Source: an uncultured virus (IMG/VR IMGVR_UViG_3300046808_000578) | Lineage: Duplodnaviria > Heunggongvirae > Uroviricota > Caudoviricetes | Length of the DNA: 64,000 nucleotides | Reading direction: 5' to 3' (one strand) | Virus record (IMG/VR): IMGVR_UViG_3300046808_000578 | Part shown: piece after piece, positions 38,780-48,858 of the stretch | Layout of the letters: each line of letters starts with the position of its first letter | How positions within the stretch are numbered: the first letter of the stretch is position 1 | Notes under the pieces: generated by a model | Seen by the model: the letters and a program-made list of their open reading frames with translations, nothing else | What the model was told of the DNA's origin: nothing | The model's database searches: none | Position numbers and translations under genes: made by a program

Positions 38780-39146
38780 GAGTAATATCGGAAGTGATGA
38801 CCCAAGTACCGATAAACCAAGTGAACTTGGTCCCAGCACTCAAGGTAATCTCGATGTCATAGTAGTGCTTCCCCACAGGTATGTCGATTACTTGTTCATC
38901 GATCTGAAACCTACCTTCAAGAGGGTCTACGATCGTGATACCACTACCGACACCGAGGTTCAAAAACACTATCTCAGAATTAACACTGGGGCGTACCTGA
39001 AGGATAATGTGCGCCCCAGTCAAATCAATCGGTTGTACCGACGATTGTACCCCCTCAACTACCGTTTGAGTGAGGGTGAAATCGAGAACCCCAAACGTAT
39101 CCCCGCGCACATGCGCCGGGAGGTTGATGGTAGCTCGAACCGCCAT
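38772..39146 (-). CDS. BppU-N-like fibre attachment protein
   Basis: RGDTF...PIDLTGA..ILQVR...YYDIEI pattern directly upstream of the fibre. Confidence 0.65.
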   Translation of the reverse strand: MAVRATINLPAHVRGDTFGVLDFTLTQTVVEGVQSSVQPIDLTGAHIILQVRPSVNSEIVFLNLGVGSGITIVDPLEGRFQIDEQVIDIPVGKHYYDIEITLSAGTKFTWFIGTWVITSDITHE

Positions 39147-39147
39147 A

Positions 39148-39348
39148 CTACTTTTTCTTGCGGAGAAGTGACCGGATTGTGAGGAGCGACACAACCAAGG
39201 CCGCGATCAGCCCAGCCATCCGAAGATACCACTCGACCTCCTCTTGAAAAGAGGTAAGCACCGCCAAAAGCGGAGTGACGGTGCCTACCATACCTTTCAT
39301 GAGCAATCCCACTTTTGGCTCTTCGATAGTGGGTAATGCGTCGAACAT
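39148..39348 (-). CDS. small membrane protein
   Basis: Two hydrophobic segments, RKKK C-terminus. Confidence 0.6.
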   Translation of the reverse strand: MFDALPTIEEPKVGLLMKGMVGTVTPLLAVLTSFQEEVEWYLRMAGLIAALVVSLLTIRSLLRKKK

Positions 39349-39350
39349 GG

Positions 39351-39725
39351 TCACTTACGCTTGGAGGCTCCTTTTTCAATGGCCATGAGGAACCCGATAG
39401 CAGGGCCACCTTTACCTCGACCTTTTTCAGGCATCTCCTGTTCGCCCTCTTCTTCCGCGTATTCTTCCTCCCCCTCGTCTTCCATCTCCTCAGAGGATTC
39501 TTCTTTCTTACCGGGAAGCTCATTACCCTCAACAGCCTCAAGGCAAAGACCACCGTCTTCCTTCAAGCGGTATGTGGACATAGCCTCAAAAGTATCCCCG
39601 GGTTTAATACCCTCTGGAACGTCAAAACCTTCTGGGACTTTCAGGTACACTTCTTTCTCAGAGTATCCTGACTTCTCGGGCTTCTTTTCACCCATCATTT
39701 CTTCACCCATCATTTCTTCGTCCAT
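39351..39725 (-). CDS. highly acidic hypothetical protein
   Basis: Glu-rich 124 aa ORF after the capsid gene. Confidence 0.65.
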   Translation of the reverse strand: MDEEMMGEEMMGEKKPEKSGYSEKEVYLKVPEGFDVPEGIKPGDTFEAMSTYRLKEDGGLCLEAVEGNELPGKKEESSEEMEDEGEEEYAEEEGEQEMPEKGRGKGGPAIGFLMAIEKGASKRK

Positions 39726-39778
39726 GATCTAAAAGTAGTGTTAAGTCCCAAGAATTCAATCCCGCATTGAAACCCTAA

Positions 39779-39812
39779 GGGTGGAGGAAGGAGTTTCCCC
39801 CTCCCTCCACCC
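39779..39812 (-). terminator. strong hairpin after capsid gene (terminator or 3' stabiliser)
   Basis: Minus strand GGGTGGAGGGAGGGG-GAAA-CTCCTTCCTCCACCC; weak U tail. Confidence 0.7.
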
Positions 39813-39829
39813 AAAGATCAGTTCAATGG

Positions 39830-41038
39830 TTAGACTGGAGCTGCACCAGCGCAATCAACCAGACCAAGTTTCGGAGCGCAGCGCAGGTGGCGGATGACGT
39901 AACCCCACTCAGGACGCAGCGGCTTGGTGCCGTTGGAGAGCACGCCACGGAAGTAGCCGATCGTGCCATCCGGGTTGGTCTGCTTGTTGGGGATGTTCTT
40001 CCACTTGAAGTCCCCACGGTAGCTGACCGGATCGAAGCTAGTGTTTCCGCCGGGGCTGGAGATAGGAGCCGGAATGAGACTGGTGTACACGTCCTGATGG
40101 AACACAACGGTGTCCTCATAAGCTGCGGTCTCGTACGCCGGGTTGACGACGAACTTGGTGCCCTTCTGACCTGCTGGCAGGTAAGAGGAGGGATCGCTGT
40201 CAACAACAGCCACGTAAGGATACACTTCGACCCACGCATTGCTGACGAAGTTCCACCGTTTGGGGAACATGTCGATGAGGTGGTAGAAGCCACGGAACGA
40301 ACGATCCACGCCGAGAGGGGCGAGAAGCTCGTTAACTTTACCCGGGTTCCAACGATAGTCCTGCCGGATGCTGTCGTCATCCCGAAGAAGCTGATCGGAG
40401 GTTTCAGGGCTGCAGATGATGGTGAACTCCGGACGGCCATTCTGACGACCCATGGGCTTGTTGCCAGCACCGTCACGGACAAGCTGCAGGTAGATCCGAT
40501 CAAGGATACCCTGAGTCAGACGGGACGTAGGCTGCTGAGTGGGGAACGAAGCCGTTCCCTCATACAGAGTAGCTCCATTGGCTTTCGCCACAATCTTGTG
40601 CTCGGAAACGCGGACGTACTCATCCCGGTACCGATTCTGCCACGCCCACGCAGTGTTCTCCTTGAGGATCTCGAAGATGTTGGAGAGCTGCTCCTTGCGT
40701 TTCATGGTGAAGCGCAGGTCGTTCACACAGATCTCAGGAGATTCAAGCGCAGTGTGCTGCAGGTTGTAGCTGCGGAGGGTCTGGGCGAACCCAATTTCTT
40801 CCGCTGCAGGAACGCAGTTGGAACCGCCAGTGATGCTGACGTTACTCCAAGTAAGACCAGACTGGTCGTACAGAGACCGTTCGTAGGTCAACACGCTGAT
40901 GGTGTCGCCCATCTCATCAGGCCAAGTGTCCTGCTGGATAAGCTTAAGCCAAGGAGACGTGTTGAGCGTCTTACGGTAGATGTCGGGGCCGATACGGCCA
41001 GATTCATTGATGAGCAACTGCTCGATATCGTTAGCCAT
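39830..41038 (-). CDS. major capsid protein
   Basis: 402 aa; downstream of portal and scaffold; own promoter and downstream hairpin. Confidence 0.8.
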   Translation of the reverse strand: MANDIEQLLINESGRIGPDIYRKTLNTSPWLKLIQQDTWPDEMGDTISVLTYERSLYDQSGLTWSNVSITGGSNCVPAAEEIGFAQTLRSYNLQHTALESPEICVNDLRFTMKRKEQLSNIFEILKENTAWAWQNRYRDEYVRVSEHKIVAKANGATLYEGTASFPTQQPTSRLTQGILDRIYLQLVRDGAGNKPMGRQNGRPEFTIICSPETSDQLLRDDDSIRQDYRWNPGKVNELLAPLGVDRSFRGFYHLIDMFPKRWNFVSNAWVEVYPYVAVVDSDPSSYLPAGQKGTKFVVNPAYETAAYEDTVVFHQDVYTSLIPAPISSPGGNTSFDPVSYRGDFKWKNIPNKQTNPDGTIGYFRGVLSNGTKPLRPEWGYVIRHLRCAPKLGLVDCAGAAPV

Positions 41039-41240
41039 AAAAAGAAAAAGTTAAGAAAGGGTTGAAGGAAACAAGACAAAACTCGTTAGAATCCGAGACG
41101 CACGATTGCGAAACAGAACGAGGTTGAATCCTTGATGAGCGAATCAAGGCACCCGAATGGGTGAGTTTAAGCTCGAAGTTGCAGGAATGAATTTAGGCTT
41201 CAGACTGGCCCCCGAGATTTAAGCAGTTCTCGGACTGCAA
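41039..41240 (-). ncRNA. structured ~200-nt 5' leader of the capsid mRNA
   Basis: Several short inverted repeats between promoter and ATG; pyrimidine-rich run before ATG. Confidence 0.5.
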
Positions 41241-41244
41241 AAGC

Positions 41245-41273
41245 AATATGCGCATTACCTACCTAAACGTCAA
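41245..41273 (-). promoter_or_regulatory. sigma70-type promoter for the capsid gene
   Basis: Minus strand TTGACG-17 nt-CATATT. Confidence 0.65.
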
Positions 41274-41280
41274 GTGGTTA

Positions 41281-41553
41281 TCACCACTTTACTTTATCCG
41301 CCCAGTAAGCCGCACTCATCTTCCCTTTTGCAATGTTCTTGGCATGACGGGCCTGAAAGCTTTCCCGCCTTGCTCTATATGCCGCTGATTCACCTTCCTT
41401 TTTCGGGGACCCACTAACCCCTTGCTGCCCGAAACGGATCAACTTTACCTGCGAACCCTCCTTGGCCAACACGGCATGACTTTTCGTAGGATGCGAAGGT
41501 GTACGCTTAGGCTTGTTGTACCCAGAAAACTTTTCGGATCCTCGTTTAATCAT
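41281..41553 (-). CDS. small basic conserved viral protein (DUF5754-like)
   Basis: KLIRFGQQG...RRESFQARH...SAAYWA..VKW. Confidence 0.7.
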   Translation of the reverse strand: MIKRGSEKFSGYNKPKRTPSHPTKSHAVLAKEGSQVKLIRFGQQGVSGSPKKEGESAAYRARRESFQARHAKNIAKGKMSAAYWADKVKW

Positions 41554-41556
41554 AGG

Positions 41557-41784
41557 TTACACCCAATCTTCTACGTCTTCAGCAGTACCCAAATAGGCCC
41601 GTCTCTCATCAATATGCGCTTCGCAGTGGGAATACCGATGCCAGTACCCGCGCTTCTCCCATCGACCGCCGCGTAGCTTCCGATACCCTTGCAGGTTACG
41701 AACAAACGGAGGGACTACAACTGAGGCCAACAAAAGTGCATTGAACACTACAACCGCGCCAACGATCCAGTAGAAAATTGCCAT
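41557..41784 (-). CDS. small membrane protein
   Basis: N-terminal TM helix. Confidence 0.55.
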   Translation of the reverse strand: MAIFYWIVGAVVVFNALLLASVVVPPFVRNLQGYRKLRGGRWEKRGYWHRYSHCEAHIDERRAYLGTAEDVEDWV

Positions 41785-42887
41785 TACAAATGAGATTCGA
41801 GGGCTTCCAAGAACCCGACTTCAGGTGCCAAAGACTTAGCCGCAGTCTGTTTTCCACCACCAGTCTTGGGGACCGTCTTCCGAAACGACGCAATCGTCTT
41901 TTCCAATTCCGCGATCTTGGTCGCTTGCGAATGGTTCTCCTTCACCAAATGAGGGAGGATCGCCCCTGCATAAGTGGCGTACGCCTGCACATCCGGTTTG
42001 GCTGTGGTCACATCCGTAGATGTTGCGATCGACTTAACCTTATCGGCAATCTCTTTGTTTTTGAACAACCCGATCTTCTCAGACAAGGTGGTGTAGACGG
42101 AATCCAGTGCTTTGGTACGTGCCTCGACAGATTGCTTTTTCTGCTGTTCGGAAAGAGTAGCGTGAGCCGACTTTGCGTTGGCCTTGATCTCTTCTTTCCG
42201 CTGGAGCAGTAGAGCGACGTCATCTGCCATCCGGTACAGCCCGATACGATCCCGCTCACTGAACGAGGACGCCAAATCTTGAAGCATCTCACTCTGTTTA
42301 TCGAGATTCGTCTCGGCCAACGCCTCCTGCAACGTCTTCTCAGGGACCTGATACTTGTCGGCAAGTGCGTACGCTGCGGTGAGCACCGAGTTCAGGGGCT
42401 GCACCACCGCTTGCTTGTATTGCTCGGTAGCCTCAACCCGGGAAACAGACAACTCCTGTTCGTACTCCTGCAGCTTTGCCTTCAACGCCGCGTAATCCTC
42501 AGGAGGCTTAGTGCCTGCTTCCTCCAGAACTTTCTCCAGCTCTGCGTACTTCGTCTTCCAATCCTTGAGCTCGCTCTTAAGTTCCTTGAACCGCGCCCCC
42601 GCCGATGGGGTCATAGACTTGGGGACTTCTTCGGAGTCATCTTCAACCCCAGTATCCTGTTGAGTTTCAGACTCAGACTGGTCTGCTCCATCATCCTCAT
42701 CGGACCCAGACTCAACCTCCTTCTCGACTGCTTCAGGCTTTGATTCCTGCAAGCCATCCAAAGCCCTGTCCAAGGACGCCATCCAATCCAGTTGAGAAGA
42801 ACTCTCGGTGGATTGGTTAGCCCCAGTATCCGGGGTAGTTGAGTCTTGAGCGTTGGAGGTTTCCACAGATGCTGCTTCGTCTGACAT
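41784..42887 (-). CDS. capsid scaffolding protein
   Basis: Acidic disordered N-terminus then coiled coil (RFKEL); between portal and capsid. Confidence 0.72.
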   Translation of the reverse strand: MSDEAASVETSNAQDSTTPDTGANQSTESSSQLDWMASLDRALDGLQESKPEAVEKEVESGSDEDDGADQSESETQQDTGVEDDSEEVPKSMTPSAGARFKELKSELKDWKTKYAELEKVLEEAGTKPPEDYAALKAKLQEYEQELSVSRVEATEQYKQAVVQPLNSVLTAAYALADKYQVPEKTLQEALAETNLDKQSEMLQDLASSFSERDRIGLYRMADDVALLLQRKEEIKANAKSAHATLSEQQKKQSVEARTKALDSVYTTLSEKIGLFKNKEIADKVKSIATSTDVTTAKPDVQAYATYAGAILPHLVKENHSQATKIAELEKTIASFRKTVPKTGGGKQTAAKSLAPEVGFLEALESHL

Positions 42888-42890
42888 ACG

Positions 42891-43181
42891 TTATTCTACT
42901 GGGTTGATGTGCTTGCCTTTCCAAGGTTTGGACAGGTCAACAGAAGGTTTGGGTTCAACAGTCAAAGACAAAAGGTCGCGGTAAAACATGTAGTACCCTT
43001 CGCGACGAGCATTGATTACCGCGTTGTGCGCCAAGAAATCCGTATCAGGCAGGTTAACCGGAGCTGGGAGCTTGCTGTGGATAAGGACTTGAAGAGCTTT
43101 TTCTACCACCGGATCTTTGAGAAATTCCCCCAGCCGCAAAGCCAATTCCGGATTGTTGAACCACTGAGTCTCAGTAAACAT
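42891..43181 (-). CDS. small post-portal protein
   Basis: 96 aa coupled to the portal stop; AREG motif. Confidence 0.6.
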   Translation of the reverse strand: MFTETQWFNNPELALRLGEFLKDPVVEKALQVLIHSKLPAPVNLPDTDFLAHNAVINARREGYYMFYRDLLSLTVEPKPSVDLSKPWKGKHINPVE

Positions 43182-45445
43182 TAGGTAAACAAGTTGTTTT
43201 CAGACGCCATCTTCCGAGCAGCCCGTGCATCTTCAATTGCCAGTTTCTGCCGGGACTCTGCAAGTTTCATTTGCTGTTGCAACGCGAACTGCTCTTGCAT
43301 CATCTGCAATTTCAACTGGTGCTCCATCATCTTCTGCTGCAGCGCCGGATCCATGGCGGGCTGTCCACCTTCAGACATAGAGTTGGCCAAGGCTGCGGTT
43401 TGTTGTTCCTGCTGCTGGCGCTTCAATTTCTCCATCCCATTGTAGGTAAACTCCCCAGCCTGCTGGAGCTGCTGTCGAAGTGCCGCGACTTCCTGTTGAA
43501 CCGAAGCATCCACAGAAATGGATTGAACATGCTGAGTCTGATGCTGCACCAGATTCACCAATCCCTGCACTGCTTGTTCCAAAGCGATCTGTCCCTGATC
43601 AAGCTGCTGGATCATTTGAGCTAGCATCTGCCCATGCACCCTAGCGTGGATGAGGTGGTTCTCGTTCGGCTTCACTGTCACCACCTGATTAAGTTGCATG
43701 GAGTTGTTTTCCAACTCGGCCACTTTTTCATCCGGCAACGGACGGTTTTCAGAGCCGATTGGGGTGATGTACCGATTCACCTGATCGTACCCGACACGAG
43801 CCGCAACCCTGTCACGAAGAACATTGCGCCGACCCGTGTCATCGAACGCACTCATCATCTGCATGAAGTCGTCAAACGCAAGCAGACGGTTTGTCTCAGA
43901 ACCTGCCCCGATAGCCTTGACCGCTACAACGGTATCCAGATCGATGGAGTAAATCGCCTCAACAGGCACCCCACGATTCACGCACTTCTGAATGAACCGG
44001 GTAACCTCTTCTCCACCGGGCTCAGTCGCAAGATACATAGGACGAGTAATCCGGCGAACGACTTCCTTCATATGCCGCTGCCACGGCTCATAGAAAAGAT
44101 TGAGCGCAGCAGATGAAAGCTTGGCTCCCTGAGTCAGTTGCGCCTGAACTTCAAACTTCGTGCGCTCCTTCCCTGTCGGAGTAGCCGCAGTGGTCTGATA
44201 AGCCCCCGTCTTGTTCTGAATGGTGGCATTCAGATCGGCCAGCATCGGGACCACGTTGTTGGCGAGGTTCGGCACCGAACGCTCGATGACCCGCATCTTG
44301 GGAGGAAGGATCGAGTAGGGTCCGTAGTAAAAGAGGTTCAGGTCGTTGAGCGCATCCTCGCTCTCCGGTTGCACCATGAGGGAAGACGACAACATCGACC
44401 CGTCAAAGAACTGACACCGGAGTCGGTTACTGGCTTGGATCTGCGGGTAGATCTTGTACCCAAGACCACGGATCGAGTGGTAGTACCCGTTGGTGCCTAC
44501 CCCAAACGTGAAGATCGTAAACGCCTGTGAGACGTTCTTGAATGGGCTGATCCGCTTACACAGGAACTCCTTATTGGACCCGTCCTCAAGAGATACGAGG
44601 TGAGAGATGGACCCGTCGAACTCACGATTCCAGAGATGGATGATCTTGACCTCCGAAGCTCCCGCATACCCGAGAGTCAAATCATTGGACTTCAACTGAA
44701 CTCGCAACTCCTCCCAATCCGTGAATCGCGCCGCTGTGCTCCCTGAATTCACAGCGTTCATGATGGCTTTCTTAGTCTCCGCGACTGACCACCCAGTGGC
44801 TGCAGCTACCTCCTCATCTTCGATGAACGCATACAGTTGATGCACCTGATAGCTACGACGTGCAATTGCGACTTCAATATCTTCCTCGCAAGCAAAAGTA
44901 CGGTTTGGAATCAGAAAATCTCCGAGCCCCGACACTCGCCAACGCCAATCGATTTCATCATCGAAGTAAAGAATACCCACTCCGTGGCCCACGAAGTGGT
45001 TGGCGAGCAACAGGAACTGTGAGGTGTAGCGTGGCCAGTTCCGCAACATCCGAGTCATCTCCTCAGAGATGATCTGCTCCCACTCATACCGTTGACTTGG
45101 ATCGCCAAAAGTAGTCTTAAATGAAACAAGACGTTCAACAGAGTTCAGCAAGTCCACGTAACCCGCCATCGCGGATTCGAGTAGAGCCTCCCCTTCACCA
45201 AAGTTAATGTTCGCGCGATCCCCCTGCCCAGTAGCTTTCAACTCCTCCTCGTCGTAGGGAGGAACCCCATCCAACATCGCTTGGATTTCAGCCCGATTTC
45301 TTCGCCGAATTCGATCCGCCTCCCAAAAAATGTCGTAAATCTTGGTGGCTGCTTCAGGACTTTCGATCCGAGAAGCTGGAACCTCCCCGTCAGGGGACAT
45401 GTTTTTCAGCAAAAGCTGGCCATCTGGAACGGAAGTGGATGTCAT
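43181..45445 (-). CDS. portal protein
   Basis: 754 aa directly after TerL; RTKFEV motif; long Q-rich helical C-terminus. Confidence 0.8.
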   Translation of the reverse strand: MTSTSVPDGQLLLKNMSPDGEVPASRIESPEAATKIYDIFWEADRIRRRNRAEIQAMLDGVPPYDEEELKATGQGDRANINFGEGEALLESAMAGYVDLLNSVERLVSFKTTFGDPSQRYEWEQIISEEMTRMLRNWPRYTSQFLLLANHFVGHGVGILYFDDEIDWRWRVSGLGDFLIPNRTFACEEDIEVAIARRSYQVHQLYAFIEDEEVAAATGWSVAETKKAIMNAVNSGSTAARFTDWEELRVQLKSNDLTLGYAGASEVKIIHLWNREFDGSISHLVSLEDGSNKEFLCKRISPFKNVSQAFTIFTFGVGTNGYYHSIRGLGYKIYPQIQASNRLRCQFFDGSMLSSSLMVQPESEDALNDLNLFYYGPYSILPPKMRVIERSVPNLANNVVPMLADLNATIQNKTGAYQTTAATPTGKERTKFEVQAQLTQGAKLSSAALNLFYEPWQRHMKEVVRRITRPMYLATEPGGEEVTRFIQKCVNRGVPVEAIYSIDLDTVVAVKAIGAGSETNRLLAFDDFMQMMSAFDDTGRRNVLRDRVAARVGYDQVNRYITPIGSENRPLPDEKVAELENNSMQLNQVVTVKPNENHLIHARVHGQMLAQMIQQLDQGQIALEQAVQGLVNLVQHQTQHVQSISVDASVQQEVAALRQQLQQAGEFTYNGMEKLKRQQQEQQTAALANSMSEGGQPAMDPALQQKMMEHQLKLQMMQEQFALQQQMKLAESRQKLAIEDARAARKMASENNLFT

Positions 45446-45489
45446 TTTAGACTACGTTAATGCGAAACAGTACGAATCGGTTTACTGGT

Positions 45490-47253
45490 TTAGGTAGCGA
45501 TCTGCAAGTTATTTCTTCCACGAGAAGCAGATGCAAACTTGTGCGTAGCTGCTCTCCAACTGGTGGTTGCCCCCATGATAGCAGGTCTATGAGCAGCCCC
45601 AGAAGCACCAAATCCAAACCGCGTCTGGCATAACAACACCAACATCAAAGCCGCATCCGCCAAGTCTGGGGACTTACCGAAGTGAGACTTCATCTGTTCC
45701 TTCGGCTCCACACACAACTTGGAATTCCTCTCGTAGAATTTGCGAGCGCACAGTTCCTTGGCAAGATCTGGAGAAATACCGCCGATCTGCCGCCCTCGTA
45801 ACAACTGTTTGGCGGAGAACCAAATCTCAGATACCCGGTTGGTGTACCGTTCCTTGGAGGGAGTGTTGTCACTGATGGATGCTGGACGCTCCGAAGCTCC
45901 ACCTCCGAATGAAATGCGGTGCACTTTGTCTGACCAAACCACACGCACCACATCCCCGAAGGTAATCCCCGCCCCAGTGGCATCAAACGCCGCATTCTCG
46001 GGACGCACTTCTCTATCCTCGCACAACTTCCGAAACTTCTTGGCAATTTGATACGACCTAGGCTCGTGTTTGTTTGTTACGTCCTCGTTCAAAATCTCGT
46101 ACCCGTCGAAATTGATGGCTGGAAGCCCGTCTTTGTTGGTTCCGTACGTTCCGAAATAGAGCACCGACCTGTCCCCTCCGTTCGTAAACGCTGGATCCAA
46201 AGCAGCTACTTTCGTCCCCGGTGAGGCCCACACGATGGGTTTGTCCGCCTCGAACTTAATGAAATCCGACTCTGAGTAGATCCGATCTTCACTGGCTTCA
46301 GGGCAAAAGAACCCCCGCATCATTCGGAAAAACCTAGCCGAGTTTGGATCGTTCGCCTTCAAAGCCTCATCGATCTTCTGTTGAGTCGGCAAGAACGGGA
46401 ACAGTGTTTTCCCAGCTAGGACGTTCGGTGACTTCAGAGCATCAAAGTGTACCGCCACGCCGAAATTCGTCTCCCACCGCTCAGAGTCCACATTGATGGA
46501 TGCCCACCCTGCTTTGGGTTCAATCAACCTACCAAACGGATCGTAGTAAGACGCCGGGTTCGACAGCCCCACAAATTGGAAATATGGGTTGGACGTCAAG
46601 TTCCCCCCGGGAAACGCCACCTCTCCAATTGAGTCTGTGAGCTCCGACAACTCATCGGCGATCAAAAACACTCTCTTGTTCTTGAGACCGATCATCTTCG
46701 AGATCGCGTCCTTCTCTTGGCTTCTCTCACAAGGCACCAGCACCAAACCGCACTTGTCGGAAAACTTGTTGCCACCAGTCCCATCGTCCAACCGGATCAA
46801 TCCTTGGCTGTCCACAAGCTTGCCGGGTAGCCCCGGCACTGCCTGCCAGAACTGGACCACACTGCCCCAAATACGCTGCCGGGCGCTCTTCAGCGTAGTA
46901 GACACGAGGATCACCATCGTCGCATTGGGGGCGCACAGAAAATTAACGATCCCCCAGATCGCCGCCAACTCGGTCTTACCGGAGGACGCACACCCAGCGG
47001 CTCCAACATATCTCTCCGCGCACAATGCCTCCAAAAGCTCTTCAGCCCACGGGTGCCACACGAACTTCTTAACTTTGTTGTGCTTACCCCAAAGGTAGTT
47101 CACCACATTCTTGAAATGCTGGGCTTTTCCAAGGCCCCCACTTTCAACGGTGAACCCTTCTCGAAAGGCGTACAGCTCGATGTTCAAAGGGTCGAACCCC
47201 TCTCGAAACACCCGCCCGTACTTTTGAGGTCGGTTATCTACGGGTTGCGTCAT
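45490..47253 (-). CDS. terL: terminase large subunit
   Basis: Walker A GCASSGKT, Walker B LIADE, GLSNP, nuclease ALDPA...SPDLADA. Confidence 0.92.
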   Translation of the reverse strand: MTQPVDNRPQKYGRVFREGFDPLNIELYAFREGFTVESGGLGKAQHFKNVVNYLWGKHNKVKKFVWHPWAEELLEALCAERYVGAAGCASSGKTELAAIWGIVNFLCAPNATMVILVSTTLKSARQRIWGSVVQFWQAVPGLPGKLVDSQGLIRLDDGTGGNKFSDKCGLVLVPCERSQEKDAISKMIGLKNKRVFLIADELSELTDSIGEVAFPGGNLTSNPYFQFVGLSNPASYYDPFGRLIEPKAGWASINVDSERWETNFGVAVHFDALKSPNVLAGKTLFPFLPTQQKIDEALKANDPNSARFFRMMRGFFCPEASEDRIYSESDFIKFEADKPIVWASPGTKVAALDPAFTNGGDRSVLYFGTYGTNKDGLPAINFDGYEILNEDVTNKHEPRSYQIAKKFRKLCEDREVRPENAAFDATGAGITFGDVVRVVWSDKVHRISFGGGASERPASISDNTPSKERYTNRVSEIWFSAKQLLRGRQIGGISPDLAKELCARKFYERNSKLCVEPKEQMKSHFGKSPDLADAALMLVLLCQTRFGFGASGAAHRPAIMGATTSWRAATHKFASASRGRNNLQIAT

Positions 47254-47363
47254 GAATTAAGAACAACCTCATGTATAGAAACCCTCCAAAGGTTTCAACC
47301 CGAATGTAGAAACTGGTAAGATTTTTCTTCCAGTTTCGTTAAATTGGTCTATGGTGCTTGGAC

Positions 47364-48476
47364 ATGACAACATTCCCTATCATCCTGAAATCAAAGTTTG
47401 GAGAGGTAAAGATTTACCGTTGTAAGAACAAAGGAAACCTAGAAACCCACACCGTGTGTTGGAAGAGCCACGGTGGTCGTAAACGAGAAAACCACTCGGA
47501 AATCCAAGCAGCGCAGGCAAGGGCCAAGGAGATCATCGAAGACCTCAACAAGGGTAGGATTGAACGATCCGAGACATCCACCGAGAAGTTTGTCTACTAC
47601 CGAATGTGCGAAGACATGCTTGGTAACGTATCCCTGCTCGAAGCTGTGCAGTTCTACCTGAAGCACAACAGCTCAGATATCCGAGAAATCACCGTTCCAC
47701 AGATCGTGGGCATGTTCTACTCGGCACAAGCCCAGAAAATTGGCACCGAAAACAGAAACCTGCTCACCATCCGCCACCATTTGAACCGGATCGAAAGGAC
47801 ATTCCTCGGAAGGTTCAACGGGGTAACCACTGAGGATCTTGATCATTACATCAACGCAATCGGGAACTGTGGCCGCACCAAGATCAACCATAGGAGAACC
47901 CTCATCGCATTGTGGTCATGGGCGCAGGATAGAGGATACGCCCCGGCAGGAAAAACAGTGGCACAGGCCACAATGGTTCCGAAGGTGGGTGTAAAGAACC
48001 CGGGGATCATAACCCCTGATGCCATGCGGGAAGTGCTGTCCAAAGCGGGTGATGACATTCTACCTATGCTCGCACTGGGCGGGTTCGCAGGTATCCGCTC
48101 CGCAGAAATTGCGAGGCTCAGGTGGGAAGACTTCAACTGGTCGGAAGGGTTCATCGTGCTTTCGTCGGAGATCACAAAACGGCAACGCAGACGTATGGTC
48201 CCACTCACACCACAACTCGTGAAGTTGTTGGGAAAATTCAAGGAGTGCACGGGGCCCGTGCTGACCGTGGATCCCTACAAAGCAATATCGAAAATCACAG
48301 AGTCGTGGGTTCACAACGGACTGCGGCATTCGTACATAAGCTACGCGATGGCGCTGCACAAAAATGCCGCGATGATCGCCGAGTACTGCGGTAACTCGGA
48401 AGCCGAAGTGCAACGGTCATACAAGGCACTGGTTACCGAAAAACAGGCAAACGAGTGGTTTGACCTTGAAAAATAG
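47364..48476 (+). CDS. int: tyrosine recombinase/integrase
   Basis: GIRSAEIARLRWED (R), ITK (K), HNGLRHSY (HxxR-like), GNS...Y. Confidence 0.9.
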   Translation: MTTFPIILKSKFGEVKIYRCKNKGNLETHTVCWKSHGGRKRENHSEIQAAQARAKEIIEDLNKGRIERSETSTEKFVYYRMCEDMLGNVSLLEAVQFYLKHNSSDIREITVPQIVGMFYSAQAQKIGTENRNLLTIRHHLNRIERTFLGRFNGVTTEDLDHYINAIGNCGRTKINHRRTLIALWSWAQDRGYAPAGKTVAQATMVPKVGVKNPGIITPDAMREVLSKAGDDILPMLALGGFAGIRSAEIARLRWEDFNWSEGFIVLSSEITKRQRRRMVPLTPQLVKLLGKFKECTGPVLTVDPYKAISKITESWVHNGLRHSYISYAMALHKNAAMIAEYCGNSEAEVQRSYKALVTEKQANEWFDLEK

Positions 48477-48504
48477 TGAAAATTCATGCCTACTCCGAAT
48501 AGAA

Positions 48505-48858
48505 ATGCAACGGACTCCTAAAATCGTACTGCAAGCGAATGGCTCATTCCGAGTCACAGCTTTGCCGGATGGGAAAGTTCAAATCGAACTCGAAGAAGTA
48601 ATCGGTGTGGACACCACCGTGCACGATACGATCTACGACAAACAGGGGGTAGCAAAACGCTTGCTTACTACCACTCGTAGTATCGACAACTTCATGCGGC
48701 AAAAGAATAACCCGCTGCCGTATAGCAAGGCGACCGGACACCCTAGGTTCCGGGAATCTGACATTCAACGCTGGTTGCAGGAGGGGCAGTCGTTGAGTGC
48801 GAAGCGAAGCAAACATACCCTCACAAACCTCAACCCATATCCAGAAAATGCCTCTTAA
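48505..48858 (+). CDS. excisionase-like HTH DNA-binding protein
   Basis: YDKQGVAKRL..TTRSIDNF...LPYSK....RFRESDIQRWL; next to integrase. Confidence 0.72.
   Translation: MQRTPKIVLQANGSFRVTALPDGKVQIELEEVIGVDTTVHDTIYDKQGVAKRLLTTTRSIDNFMRQKNNPLPYSKATGHPRFRESDIQRWLQEGQSLSAKRSKHTLTNLNPYPENAS

Noticed and set aside
39887..41065. 392-aa + strand ORF and similar long antisense ORFs (646-1398, 21247-22107, 37931-38758)
   Set aside because: Shadows of codon-biased or repetitive genes on the opposite strand; no motifs or start signals
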